Shown one piece after another: positions 14,761 through 27,261 of a stretch of DNA of 64,000 nt. The stretch lies in contig CM120641.1 of NCBI GenBank assembly GCA_051362555.1, positions 1-64,000 on the forward strand. Reading direction: 5' to 3'. Within the stretch, counting starts at the first letter, position 1, and each line of letters opens with the position of its first letter. A model generated the notes under the pieces. That model searched no databases. It had not been told where the DNA came from and saw only the letters and a program-made list of their open reading frames with translations. The DNA comes from Lingula anatina. Lineage: Eukaryota > Animalia > Brachiopoda. The position numbers and the translations under genes were made by a program.

Positions 14761-15601
14761 GCCGTATCTATCACTAGACTCATATCACTAGACCGTATCT
14801 ATCTATCACTATATATATATATATATATATATAATGCCGTATCTATCACTAGACTCATATCACTAGACCGTATCTATCTATCACTATATATATATATATA
14901 TATATAATGCCGTATCTATCACTAGACTTATATCACTAGACCGTATCTATCTATCACTATATATATATATATATATATAATGCCGTATCTATCACTAGAC
15001 TTAGTTTTGAAAATTGAAATGAAGATAAATGCAATTTATCGGACCATTAAATGAAGCAAATATTATTAAACTGGAAGTAATTTATTGTACGTGTAAATAT
15101 GGTGATTTAATAAACTACGCTGCAAATATAATTCCCTTTTGTTTTATTTTTGTTCATTTAATTTTTCTAGTTTAATTGTCAATGCATATATTTCATTTTC
15201 AAGGAATCGTGTATTCGCAATAATCATGACATGGATTATCCGCATATCGATTATCTTACGTTTACGAGTCTCATTAAAAATAAACGTTTTATCAAAATCT
15301 AATTGCACATGCTTGAATCTATTCCAGGTGCCGTAAATATAATGCTGGCATCAATGTGAATGGAAACAATGGGCACATGGGATGTTCCCCTAGTATATAT
15401 GTGAATGAAATCGCACAACAAGCCTTCCCTGACGGTAGTGCTCGGAGCTACTACAACACGTTCGCTTTCCTGTATTGTACTTCTCTTCACTGTAGTAATA
15501 CTATCAGTAAGGACGTGACTGCACTGTCATTGGATTCAATGAGATCGTTTTATAATGAGAAGGCACCGTCCCGCATTATGTACACGGCTTGTCAGTATTA
15601 A
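13140..15601 (+). CDS. Secreted protein paralog A, 286 aa (signal peptide, helical Cys/GRR module, short Thr-rich stalk, 8-Cys domain); exons 13140-13536, 13655-13844, 15328-15601
   Basis: GT-AG introns in phases 1 and 2 join an 861-nt open frame. Hydrophobic leader [19 protein letters not shown]; AATAAA at 15603. Homologous to paralog B in all three exons with the same intron positions. Confidence 0.88.
13860..15002. repeat. Compound minisatellite: constant ~50-bp unit separated by variable-length (TA)n, about 14 units, in intron 2 of paralog A
   Basis: Repeated ATGCCGTATCTATCACTAGACTCATATCACTAGACCGTATCTATCTATCAC with TA runs of differing length. Confidence 0.95.
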
Positions 15602-16194
15602 AAATAAAAGTGTACTTGTGTTCGAGTTTATTGTTGATTACACTGGATCGAAGCTTTTATGTGCGTGCTTTCGTTTTTAAATATTTGAATTAAGATGCAA
15701 ACGGTTAAAAATGCATATGAACTTAATTTTTGTCTACCAAATGTCACCATAAAGGGAGTTAGGTCTATCCAGATGGATCGATCTAAGTATGGAAACCCAG
15801 TCATAGATTAAAAAGTATAATTTAGGGAAATACCAAAAGACATATCGCTTCATATTACCCGAAAAAGGATGTTAGAACGGGTTTTCTGTTTGCTTACTGT
15901 ACATGTGCTGTATATAAACGGGGCAGCTAAGTACTGGTAGGTCAAATTTACCACCCAAAATGTAAAGAAGTGTCAGTTTAAAGCTCTTTTATGGCTGATC
16001 GAGTGATTTGTTCGGTTTATCCCTTGGCATGTCAACTTTCTTTGAGTTGTATAAAAACTAATTAAAACTAATTAAAGAGAGTGTACATTCCAGTTGAAAC
16101 TTACTTTAAGATTTACTTTAAGCGCTGTTCACATTTTTCACAAATTGCTACCATTCCCCTATCTGTCCTCTCCGATCAAATTAATCGCCCCCCA

Positions 16195-16395
16195 CCCATC
16201 CCCTTCCGCCCCTTCATCCCCTTCCGCCCCTTCATCCCCTTCCGTCCCTTCATCCCCTTCCGCCCATTCATCCCCTTCCGCCCTTCATCCCCTTCCGTCC
16301 CTTCATCCCTTCCGCCCCTTCATCCCCTTCTGCCCTTCATCCTCTTCCGTCCCTTCATCCCCTTCCGCCCTTCATCCCCTTCCGCCCTTCATCCC
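16195..16395. repeat. Pyrimidine-rich 18-bp tandem repeat (CCCCTTCCGCCCCTTCAT)n
   Basis: About 11 degenerate copies visible directly. Confidence 0.92.
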
Positions 16396-16536
16396 AATCG
16401 CAGTTTTACAATTCTTTCCAGTGACATGCACCTCAGATTCCCTTTGATAGAAACTCCAGTTGCCAGTGATTTGTTGTGGTGCGCCCTGTCCTAGTTGTCC
16501 ACTCACTTACGTCAAGCTAAGAGTTATCAGGACAAA

Positions 16537-17265
16537 TCTTATGGAGGACGGACTCTGTATGACACGGACCCCCAGTTTCGTTAAACCAGTGTTCTTATGG
16601 AGGACAGACTCTCTATGACACGGACCCCCAGTTTCGTTAAACCAGTGTTCTTATGGAGGACGGACTCTCTATGACACGGGCCCCCAGTTTCGTTAAACCA
16701 GTGTTCTTATGGAGGACGGACTCTGTATGACACGGACCCCCAGTTTCGTTAAACCAGTGTTCTTATGGAGGACAGACTCTCTATGACACGGACCCCCAGT
16801 TTCGTTAAACCAGTGTTCTTATGGAGGACAGACTCTCTATGACACGGACCCCCAGTTTCGTTAAACCAGTGTTCTTATGGAGGACAGACTCTCTATGACA
16901 CGGACCCCCAGTTTCGTTAAACCAGTGTTCTTATGGAGGACAGACTCTCTATGACACGGACCCCCAGTTTCGTTAAACCAGTGTTCTTATGGAGGACAGA
17001 CTCTCTATGACACGGACCCCCAGTTTCGTTAAACCAGTGTTCTTATGGAGGACAGACTCTCTATGACACGGGCCCCCAGTTTCGTTAAACCAGTGTTCTT
17101 ATGGAGGACAGACTCTCTATGACACGGACCCCCAGTTTCGTTAAACCAGTGTTCTTATGGAGGACAGACTCTCTATGACACGGACCCCCAGTTTCGTTAA
17201 ACCAGCTAGTGTTCTTATGGAGGACAGACTCTCTATGACACGGGCCCCAGTTTCGTTAAACCGGT
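16537..17265. repeat. 56-bp minisatellite, about 13 copies
   Basis: Unit GTGTTCTTATGGAGGACAGACTCTCTATGACACGGACCCCCAGTTTCGTTAAACCA, near-identical copies, no spacers. Confidence 0.96.
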
Positions 17266-17432
17266 GTGAGTTTAGCCAGTTGTCGTCTCCAGTGACCTAA
17301 CAATCACCCTGTTCCTGATACCATAGGCTTAATATCATGCTAGATACAGGGGTGTTTGAACAACATAGCCAGGGTGTTAACCACGTTTTTCTTTACTACA
17401 CCACAGGCGACAACTTTCCCATCACATACAGG

Positions 17433-18725
17433 ATGCCTTGTTTGGTGAAAGAGTTGTTTTTTCTCTCTCTCCTCACCGTTGGCATTTTGTCTTTAGTCCA
17501 AGATGACATCCGGGTCCTGCAGTCAGAGCTATACCGCATTAACTACTCTATCCATATAATGTACCGTAAAATAAAAACAACGTGTCCTGGCTTTAACTTG
17601 GGATGGATCCCAATAGGACGCAGAAGTGTCAGGGTTGCTTCGGCCACAAGGCTTAACATAGAGCTGGAGTTGGCAGAGAGCACACTGGAGCACCTGATAA
17701 CACAGTACAACGATTGTAAACTGGCTGCTTCATTCACAAAGAGCACCAGGAAACCTACCACGAAACCCACTACTACCAGAGGGACCACAACAAGAACTAC
17801 CACAACTACGCCAAGGACTACCACCACTACTAGACCTACGACCTCGTCTTCTACATGTGGTTCTACAGTGAAGTCTACTACAACTACTACCACATCTACT
17901 GCTAGGTCAACAGCACCTACTACTACATCTACTGCTAGGTCAACAGCAACTACTACTACATTGAAACCTACGACAACTAGAGCGAAGTCTACAACAACAA
18001 CAACAACACCTAGAACAACAACTTCTACCACATCTACAACTACCTCGACTACTACGCCAACAGCAACTGCTACCACATCTACAACTACCTCGACTACTAC
18101 GCCAACAACAACTGCTACCACATCTACAACTACCTCGACTACTACGCCAACAACAACTGCTACCACATCTACAACTACCTCGACTACTACGCCAACAACA
18201 ACTGCTACCACATCTACAACTACCTCGACTACTACGCCAACAACAACTGCTACCACATCTACAACTACCTCGACTACTACGCCAACAACAACCACCGAAG
18301 AACCAACAACAACCCCGAAATCTACCGGTACAACTACTGCAACCATAATCAGTACTTCCCCGACTCCAAACTCCACCAGGTCCAAAATTACCAATATACC
18401 CATTACTGTGGATCCAGGTAAGCATTTGATTATATAGATTAACACTTGCTTTAATCTTATCGTCTATCCTAGGTTTAATATAGGACATTGTTTTCCAAAA
18501 ATGATACATAATTAAAACGACTCAACATTACATTTTGAAATAGATTAAAAGACAAAAAGAATTTGTCGCCCTTAAACTTCGTTTGTAGATTCCACTTCTT
18601 AAAGGCCCCTGAATGCCTTTTATTAAGTCGCTGTTATTCCGTACATCTGATTATTCATTTTATATTTAGGTTCATTTTTCTGAAGATTTCCGCGTCTGCA
18701 CTGGGTTGGCCAGTAGCAGCAGCAA

Positions 18726-18766
<41 letters not shown>

Positions 18767-20316
18767 CATGTAGTAGTAGTAGTAGTAGTAGTAGTAGAAG
18801 TAGTAGTAATAGTAGTAGTAGTAACTAGTAGTAGTTCTATAGGTAGTAATGGCAGTATCACAGGGGACACTTGGCCGGGCTATCTCCAGCAGTTAACACA
18901 TCAGCTATGATATGTTTTCCAAAGATCAACTACTGACTGACTGACTGATCTCTACTTTTATTTCACTGGCTGATAGATCTTGGGTCTCCTAAGACTGCAT
19001 GGACAATCCAGCTATTGGTTCGACTGACCAAACTAACTTTGATCTCTTATCTCTAATATCTGATGGCAATACAAAGTTCTTATCCTTACATACAAAGCAC
19101 CCAAAATACATTACAGTGATTTCCTTCTTGAAGTTAATTAACAGAATTGAGACATATTGCAAGAGATCATTAACATAAACTGAGACTGATTTAAACCTAA
19201 ACTAGGGGATGAAGCCATAAATGAAGTCATTCAATCCTTTTAAAACAGAAAACATAATTAAAGGAAAAGGAGGAGGAGAAGTAGTTGTAGAAGTTGTAGA
19301 TGTAGTAGCAATAGTGGTTGTAGAGTATACATTTTTTGTCAATATTTTTGGCGATTATTTATTTTTATTCATTTACGCAACTATCCATTAAGCCCACACA
19401 TTTATTTTCAGCAAAACATGCGTTCCAAGTCCTCCGCACAGCCAACGTGACATACGAGGGCTACGCTTTCCTGGCCGTGGAAGTCAGGATTCCCGAAAAC
19501 GGACGAAGCAAGTCGGAGTCTTGGTGCCGTGACTATCAGAACCTCTGTGAGGGGTTTGGACGCCGCCCCACGGGATGCGCGGGTCAGTTTGCTCCAGGGG
19601 GCGCCCAATCTCAGTACTCTGCATCGTGAGTACATTTGGATAAGTTTCACAAAATACCTTTACCCAGAAAATTAGTCTATGTCCCAAACATTTAGATTTG
19701 GTCTGAAAGTTTCGGATTTACATGTAGGCGTTTCAGGGCGGACGATGATCACTTGCACAAAATATCAATTTGTTTGCTTTGGCAATCATTGAACGTCTTC
19801 ATCATTTTGTATTATATAAAAGAGATACAAATATCGCTGCCCTGTGTAAAAAGGATGCTCATCGTTGCTTTTTGTTTAGATCTGTACCCAACAGTTAGCC
19901 TATGTCTTACAATTAAAGACGAAAAAAGAAAAACGTTTGCTTAACATACTATATCCCTGAAAAAATCCTAACAATGGCATACATAACGCTACAGAAAAAA
20001 AAAACAATGCATTTAATTTTTTTATAGATGTGAAATACTGTACAACTCAGACATGACAATCAACGGTCCACGCGGTGCGGAGGGCAACGGCGTTCTAGGG
20101 TGTGATCCAAGTGAAGGTGTCGCCACCGTTGCCAGGATGGCCTTCCCTAACGGCTATCCTCGAGGCCAGTTCAACACATTTGCCTTTCTTTATTGTAATA
20201 CGGGGTACTGCAGTGACGTCATTGCGAAGGGCTTATCCGTGTACTCACTTTGGTATATGAGAGGGTTTTACGATGCTGTTAACCCAACGAACATAATGTA
20301 TACAGTCTGTCGCTAG
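17433..20316 (+). CDS. Secreted mucin-like protein paralog B, 495 aa (signal peptide, helical Cys/GRR module, long Thr-rich stalk, 8-Cys domain); exons 17433-18417, 19412-19625, 20028-20316
   Basis: GT-AG introns in phases 1 and 2 join a 1488-nt open frame. Leader MPCLVKELFFLSLLTVGILSLV. Motifs shared with A: [45 protein letters not shown]. About six 45-bp coding repeats (TTSTTTSTTTPTTTA) at ~18025-18295. Confidence 0.9.
18727..18833. repeat. (GTA)n microsatellite in intron 1 of paralog B
   Basis: Interrupted trinucleotide run visible directly. Confidence 0.93.
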
Positions 20317-21094
20317 TATTACATAGTGCGGCAATATATCAATTATGATATAATATATGGCAAAGATTGCCAAGGAATTTAAAAAGAAAAGAGGAAGAAA
20401 AGTATCGAAAAGGACGCGTTTGTGCGAGATTACATTCAATGAGGCACAATGATGAACATATGAGGTGAAATTGCCCGTCTCGTATCATCCGACATGGGTG
20501 TCTACACCTGAAAAGCACTTCCATGTAAAGGGCATGTTGCCGTATTCAGCTAAACCAACATAACACTGCTGATGAGCCTATGAATGTCAAGTACTTTAAA
20601 TAAATAAGGCCCTTTATATAAAGAAAGACTCCTATTTCTTCTATCCCTCTAGCTCAACTCCAATATCTCTTTGCCGCTCATTCAATTGTTTTGTGTAATT
20701 CCCATGGCAGACAACCCAGACTCCATGAGACCTAGCTTAGAACTCCTTTTAATGTGTGTGGTATATTAACTAAAAATTGCTTTTAAAACTTATTTTCTGT
20801 TCTCTGGTTATATTTTCACAATATGTTGCACTGACAACTTTCAATTTTCAATGGGTCACGATGAATGAGTACCTTGTAAATTGTCTGAAGGGACTGCTGA
20901 TTTACTATTGGAGGCCATTTTTTACAATTTACTTATACTATATATGTCATATAGTAATCTTTAGGTGACATTTACAGCTATTAAACGCGTATAAACTAGA
21001 GGGTTTATCATAAAAGGGTATTTTTAGCGGCCATATTTTCAGGAATGTTCCTATAGCTAATTTTGCCTACAGTTTTATTCCCACAAATTTGCCA

Positions 21095-21265
21095 GATTTC
21101 ATACTTGTATGTTAAGGTTTCTTGGTAGGATTGGCGTTTGGGTTAGGTGTAAGGATTGGGGCTGGGTTGGGGTTAAGGTAAGGGTATTTTCATACTGGTA
21201 GGTTAAGGTTGCTTGGTAGGATTGGGGTGTGGGTTACGTTTCGCGTTAGGGTAAGGGTTAGGTAA
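21095..21265 (+). repeat. Degenerate GGTTAGG-rich telomere-like tract in two duplicated blocks
   Basis: TTTCATACT(T/G)GTA.GTTAAGGTT.CTTGGTAGGATTGG occurs twice, followed by GGGTTAGG/GGGTAAGG units; G-rich strand on +. Confidence 0.65.
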
Positions 21266-22270
21266 AACTCGACGAAAGAAAACGTTGATTTAATATTGGA
21301 ATCAATGTTGGGATATTGCTATCGAAAAGAAAATTGAATAATATTTTTTGTTGATTTAATAGTCAAAGAATGTTATCCTAGATGTCATTGAGCCAAAGAA
21401 TACAGACAAATCGTTCTCCAGAAACTTCTATTTCTGATCGATGCAGATGCACTGTCACAATCGTAATGAGCACCAGCTGTAAGTGAATCGTGATATTTAT
21501 ATAATATGTCACAACCGCATTGAGCACCAGCTGTAAGTGAATCGTGATATTTATATAACATGTCACATTAGGTTGCGTGCGCTTTCTCCACTTTCGGGGG
21601 CAACACTAGTATCTGCTTATTAACATACTGAACCAACCATTCGTGAGGGACATTCATCTCTTTTCTGGTGTCATCGTTTCTGTGTCGTTGGGTCCATGGG
21701 ATTCTAAAGAGGGTCATTTTAATGCAGCTAGACAAGCCTGGAGAAGTTGTCGGCGGTGCTGATCTATCTACAGAGGTTTTACCTCAGAGGTCGTCTTGCA
21801 CAGCCTAGTCGGAGTTTTGTTTCATTATCTGAAGTTTTCATAATGAAATATATCAGTACGGTGCATGCATTTTTTTCTTTTCAGTTTGGTTAAATTACTA
21901 GCAGTTGGTCGATTTTGATAGTTTATCTATTCGCTTTCCATCTTTTCAATTTTATTCTAATAATGGGTTTATTAATTTTATCATTACACTTTTGTATTAT
22001 GGTAGATTGGTGTACAATGTAGTATATTAAGGTCGTTTTACATGGTTTGGGCTTCATAATAAATATCAAAAATGGCAGCTGACCTTGAGCAGGTATGATG
22101 CCCGCACAGTTTGTACATGTACAGGTAGATAGTATGTACTGTTGGTGTTATTCTCATAAATGACTATAATTATTATTATTAGTGTTATTTATTATTTGTA
22201 TATATGCCAGATTGAATTGATTTTTTATCGCCATCTCTGTGGCGCTGATGATTAAGCACGTACAAGCGCG

Positions 22271-22309
<39 letters not shown>

Positions 22310-25300
22310 TCTAAATTGCAGCAGAGAAGACATTTTTGTTCTCCTCCAGATGGCGCTATAGATCCCGGCAAAAACTGCTCAGATTGCAGCATGCAGTAGA
22401 CCATATAAGGAAGAACCAGTGACCTACATAATGCCATTTTACTTTGGGGTGTGTAAGGGTCTGAAACTTAATTTATTTAATTCAATGTAGTGTATTTTGA
22501 AATATGTGGGAAACAAACGCTTCCTGAGCATGCTATTTAAGTACATTGTTAATCAAATTTTGTCTGTCAAATTATGGTTATTGATAAATAGAAAAGGCGG
22601 TTTTTCCTGCCTTATACCTCGATGGATCATTTGAAACCTGAACCCTTGGAAGAGATGTCACTTCTTCCTCAGTTCTGAGTGACCAGGGTGTGGATGCCAG
22701 GCGACCAGGATACTAAGTATATGGATATTTCAGTTTTAACCGATTCATCGAAACGTTCAAAGACAATGTTTTTTAGGTATTTGTCGATGATTTGTTTGTT
22801 GATGTATTTAAAAATGGGTTTGACGCTTGCATGTCAAACACTGGGTTTTTCCATCCAACAATATTTTCCCCACGTGACATTTTGTGTCCTTCATGTGTCG
22901 TGTATTTCATCACGTACCTCATGACATGTTTTCACAAATAATACCATAAAATGTAATGTTTCGATCCATTGAAGTATGTGACCTAGTTAATAGTTACACC
23001 GCTTTCTGTGTGACTGATTATGAAAGCAGCCGTTTTCAAGGCACAGGGGGCGAATTGCTAGCGCCAATCTGCAAGTAATGCTTGAAAGTAATTTTAATAT
23101 TTTTCATTTATGGCTAAAGTCATTATCACTTCGTCTAATCAAAACGCTCTGTTCAAAGCAAGTTACCATGGTTTTTTACCAACATATTTTAAATCCTTAT
23201 GTAAAAAATTCAAAACGCAGCATATTTATCACTGCGTAGTCATTAGTAACAAAACTTGTATTATTTCGCCAAAAAATAAAACCGCCCCTAATGCCTTTAA
23301 ACATGTTTAACTATTATTATAAGTCTGAGTTTTTCTCTGTGACGTTTGTAAAACTATATTCTTCAGCAAGACAGCAAGTGGTGACTTCTACGTTTATTTT
23401 AATGCAAATGTATTGCTCAAAAATACGGAAAACTTTTTTGTTTTTCTAGTCCAGAAAACTCCCAATTGAAGCTCAATTTGACCTTCTCACCAAAAGACGA
23501 AAAAAGCACCTTGAAAACTGTTCACGTAATTTTGCACATTGGTGATTTACTTATTCACGATCTTTTATTGCTTTGAAGAGAAATATATCATACTGAAGCA
23601 GTCTTAAGTTATTGATGTTACAAATAATATATAATTAGTTCGATCCATTTCTTAATTGTTTAATGCTTAGTTGACAAAATTCTATCAAAAGAATAAAAAA
23701 TCCCATTTTTAATTTTTAAATAGCGAGCATTTCACTCGTCACTCGGAACTTAGCATTTACAATATTTTCACTTCCAACTCCTGGAATTAAATTATAATTT
23801 TGAAGACATGCAATGGGACCTAGACCTTTAATAAAGCAAAAAAAATCTGAAAATTACAGCAATTTTCTCTTTAGAATTACTTTAACCAAGAACCGTTTCA
23901 AAAACTACGATCTGAAAACCTCGTTTTGATATGGCCACGTGTAAAATTCACAAGTCTATCTCCACAGCGAGGATTACTCAAAATCTAGTTACTTGAAACT
24001 CGTATCTTTAAAATCATTTGAAGATTGAGAACTTGCTGTCTTGTTGAGTGAAAAGTGTCCTCTTTACAAACAACAATCGATCAGTTGAGTTATGAAGTAC
24101 ATAAAGTTCACACACTGAAGACTCAATTTGCGAAAATAAAGAACATGGATATATTAAACGATCTTTGTTATCTAAATTTTCTCATCTGGATTGTAATCTT
24201 AATTTAACCTATTTTTTAAAGTTAAGGTGAGTAGTATGAGCAAATTCTTTTGTAATTATATGTTAATTATGACTTGCATTTGTGGCATTAATATGTTGAA
24301 CGGATCCACTTTTACATAAAAATTAAAGGGACAGTCATGTATTCCAAAGTTTCCCATTTTCAAAACTCTGCTGCTTTAAAACCTTTCAATCTCGGCAGCA
24401 TCTTCAGTATCTCGAGCAGCAGATGCAGAAATGATACATGTATTTACGTTCTCGTATGGTACAAAACATTTGTTACCAATTTTTTAACTTTAAAATATAA
24501 ATGCAAGGTGTTATAAATAATACCATGATTTGCCCCTCCATTTTGCCTACATTTGATAATTACACCTGTTGCAATTGTCAAAATGCTTTTTTTTCACATT
24601 CCCCATTGAAGCGGACCTCTTGTAGTGTATTTGAACGTATCGGTGTTAAATGTCGAAATTTATTTCAAAAACGGCTTGTGACAATTTTTTGCAAAAGGTC
24701 GGTAAAATGTTTTTTCCTTCCTAGAGGTAATTGTCGGAATTTTATGTCATATTAAATGTAGACAAAACCATATCCTGAAAAAATTCACAACACCTTATGG
24801 TTAAAATGAAACAAAAATAATGGCAGATACATGGTGTTTTGAAGGGTGTCACAATTTGAAATCCTTGGCAATATTTTTGTCACTCTTGAAATTATGTGAT
24901 ATCAGAGAGAGCACTTTCGATTTTTTCCTGCGGTGGTGTGGGGTGAGACAGTTACTAGATCTGCCGTTCTTTTTGTTAAAAATGAAATTGAAAAATCTGA
25001 TTGTCATTTTTATCTGAGATCAAACATTAGCCGAGTAGTTCATCATGTAGTTTATTTATCAAATCAAACTTGAGCGAGTCTTAATGCAGACATCAATTGT
25101 TTTGATTTACATATCTGGATATGCAAAACTTAAAATATCTTAAAATATTTTAAATTGTATGCAAATATGATCATACATCAATGGTAGTTAATTTTGTTCC
25201 AAATAAAAAAAACTTTACAATCATATGCAAAATGGCTTTGCGTTTTCATTGGCTCGGCGGAACTCTAAGGGTGGGGATTCGATTTGGGTACTTGGAACAT

Positions 25301-25384
25301 ATTACATATCCCTTTCCAGAAGGGCTTTTAAAATTTCTCTTTAGTTACTATAAAAGAAAAGTCTACCAGAGGAGGGTGGGTGGG

Positions 25385-25605
25385 AACATTTAGAGGAGTG
25401 GATAGCACGCGCGACTCGGACCCAGCAAGACTTGGGTTCGAAACCTGGCGCTTCTAGGTCCAAGCAAATTACCTTTTGCAAAAAAGTCAAATGAATAATT
25501 TAAACTGCGACATGAAGGTTCTACGATATTATAAATGCAAGTCGAGCCAATGGCTCAACGGATAAGGCGACAAAACAGTAAGCAGGAGATTAAGAGTTCG
25601 AGGTG
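25385..25605 (+). other. Two degenerate tRNA-like / SINE-head fragments
   Basis: A-box-like and B-box-like motifs (GGAGTGGATAGCACG...GGTTCGAAACC; TGGCTCAACGGATAAGGCG...AGTTCGAGG), but no complete cloverleaf could be built. Confidence 0.3.
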
Positions 25606-27261
25606 AGCTATGAAAAGAGAAATTACTTTTGCAAGTTCTGAACTAAGTAAAATATTTGTACGTTTATTATTGTCAAAATGAATTATTTACAGCAATAAAA
25701 TAATGAAAATATAACATTTTGTGAATTAAATTAAATAAATTTAAATTAAACAAACAGAAAAAAAGTATATCTGTAAATAAAACAAGTGCATTTTCAACAT
25801 TGTTACTAAAAGACGGAATCCTTTGATTTATGAAAAAAATAAGTTCAAGATTGTAACATCTGAAAGACTTTGACAAGAACTGATAATAGACAAAATGTAT
25901 TTTTAACAAATTTTACTTGGCACATTTTTGTCAAAGTTGGCATAAGTGCCTAGTCTTCATCGAATTCCATCAAAAATATTTCCGTCCAAATTCAGAGATT
26001 GTAACAATTTTAAAAATGCGTATAATCTGCTGTAAGCGTCATTCGTGCACCAATGCACACGCATATGTAAGCACACCTTGTCTTATGTCGCCTTGTTGAT
26101 GTTTGCATAAATCGAACAGTAGCCAATATTTGTTCATGTTTGTAAGATTCTTGGTTGTTTTGCAAATTGATATTTAAAGAAAAATGTTTTCTTTGCACTA
26201 AATCCGAAAATAATTGTCATACAGTGTACACGGTGTAACTGTGGATGAAAATTTACATTTGCAAAGCATAGGAATCAGGAGCGACATAAAGACAGCGGTG
26301 GTTTACAAGATTATCCAAGGCTTTGCCAGATTCAGAATAATATACAAACAAAACTGAAAAAGTTACGCGAAATCAGTGTACTTGAAGTGACTTTTCACAT
26401 TCACTTAGAATTAACTCTAGTTCTCGGCTTTCAGTTATGACACTAAGCACAAATAACACAACATGGGTTTGCAGGACTGAAATCTAACCAAGCCTGTATT
26501 TTTCAATCACCCCTTGCTCCCGAAAAATTTAAAACAAGAACACAGAGCAACTTAACTGCACATATTAGGCATGTTTTTCACTTTAAAAATTCAAACCAAA
26601 CGAAGTATTAAGGTTTACATACACTTTGGTAGAATATTGAATATGCCATTAGAGGAACAAAATACTTTGAAATAACATTTTTAGATGAAAATTCCGTACA
26701 ATCCTCAAATAAGTAACTGCCCAAACTTTTAGAATGAACTTTAGTGTAACAGATAAAATAAATCCTATAATCTAATTTGAAAAAATTAAATCTTGTTTAA
26801 GACTTATTGATTGTTCACTATGTTTTTGAGCAAAATTGACAAAGTTGACAGTCTAAAAACCCTCCCGAAAATTGGGCTTGGCGACAGCTCAAAAGATTTT
26901 GAAAATATGGAATGCAAAAGGCTATGGTTAATGTCAGTCCTACAGAAACATTTTAATGGACAAATAATATGTCAATGAAGTCCATTTCCAGTTTTTATTT
27001 TTCGACACTTCGTTTTGTAATATAAGTCCTAAATGGCACATAAATGATTCCGATCCTCGGAAATTTTTGTAGCCAACTATAGGAACAGCTTTCTTATCAT
27101 ATACGAAATAAAGACCTCATTTCTATTTCTGCAATATTAAATTAATTTTTATTTCGGATGGCAACCTTTAACCCACCCCATGGTTTAATTTTGTTTCAGA
27201 AAACAGATATTTTATCCAGGCCCAGCACTGAAAACACCGAGAACCAGAGGAAGTTTATTCA

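Noticed and set aside
13860-17265. Repeat arrays as CRISPR
   Set aside because: Spacers are (TA)n or absent, no cas genes are present, and the context is eukaryotic.
17337-17432. Upstream ATG extending paralog B
   Set aside because: The ATG at 17433 aligns with paralog A and gives a normal signal peptide; the upstream part contains a likely splice acceptor.
17543-18910. Val-rich and Cys-rich ORFs (17543-18445, 17940-18509, 18563-18910)
   Set aside because: Antisense shadows of the Thr-rich exon, or translations of the (GTA)n microsatellite.
22430-27230. AT-rich block as a single large DNA transposon
   Set aside because: It looks repeat-derived, but I could not find matching TIRs, a TSD or a transposase frame.
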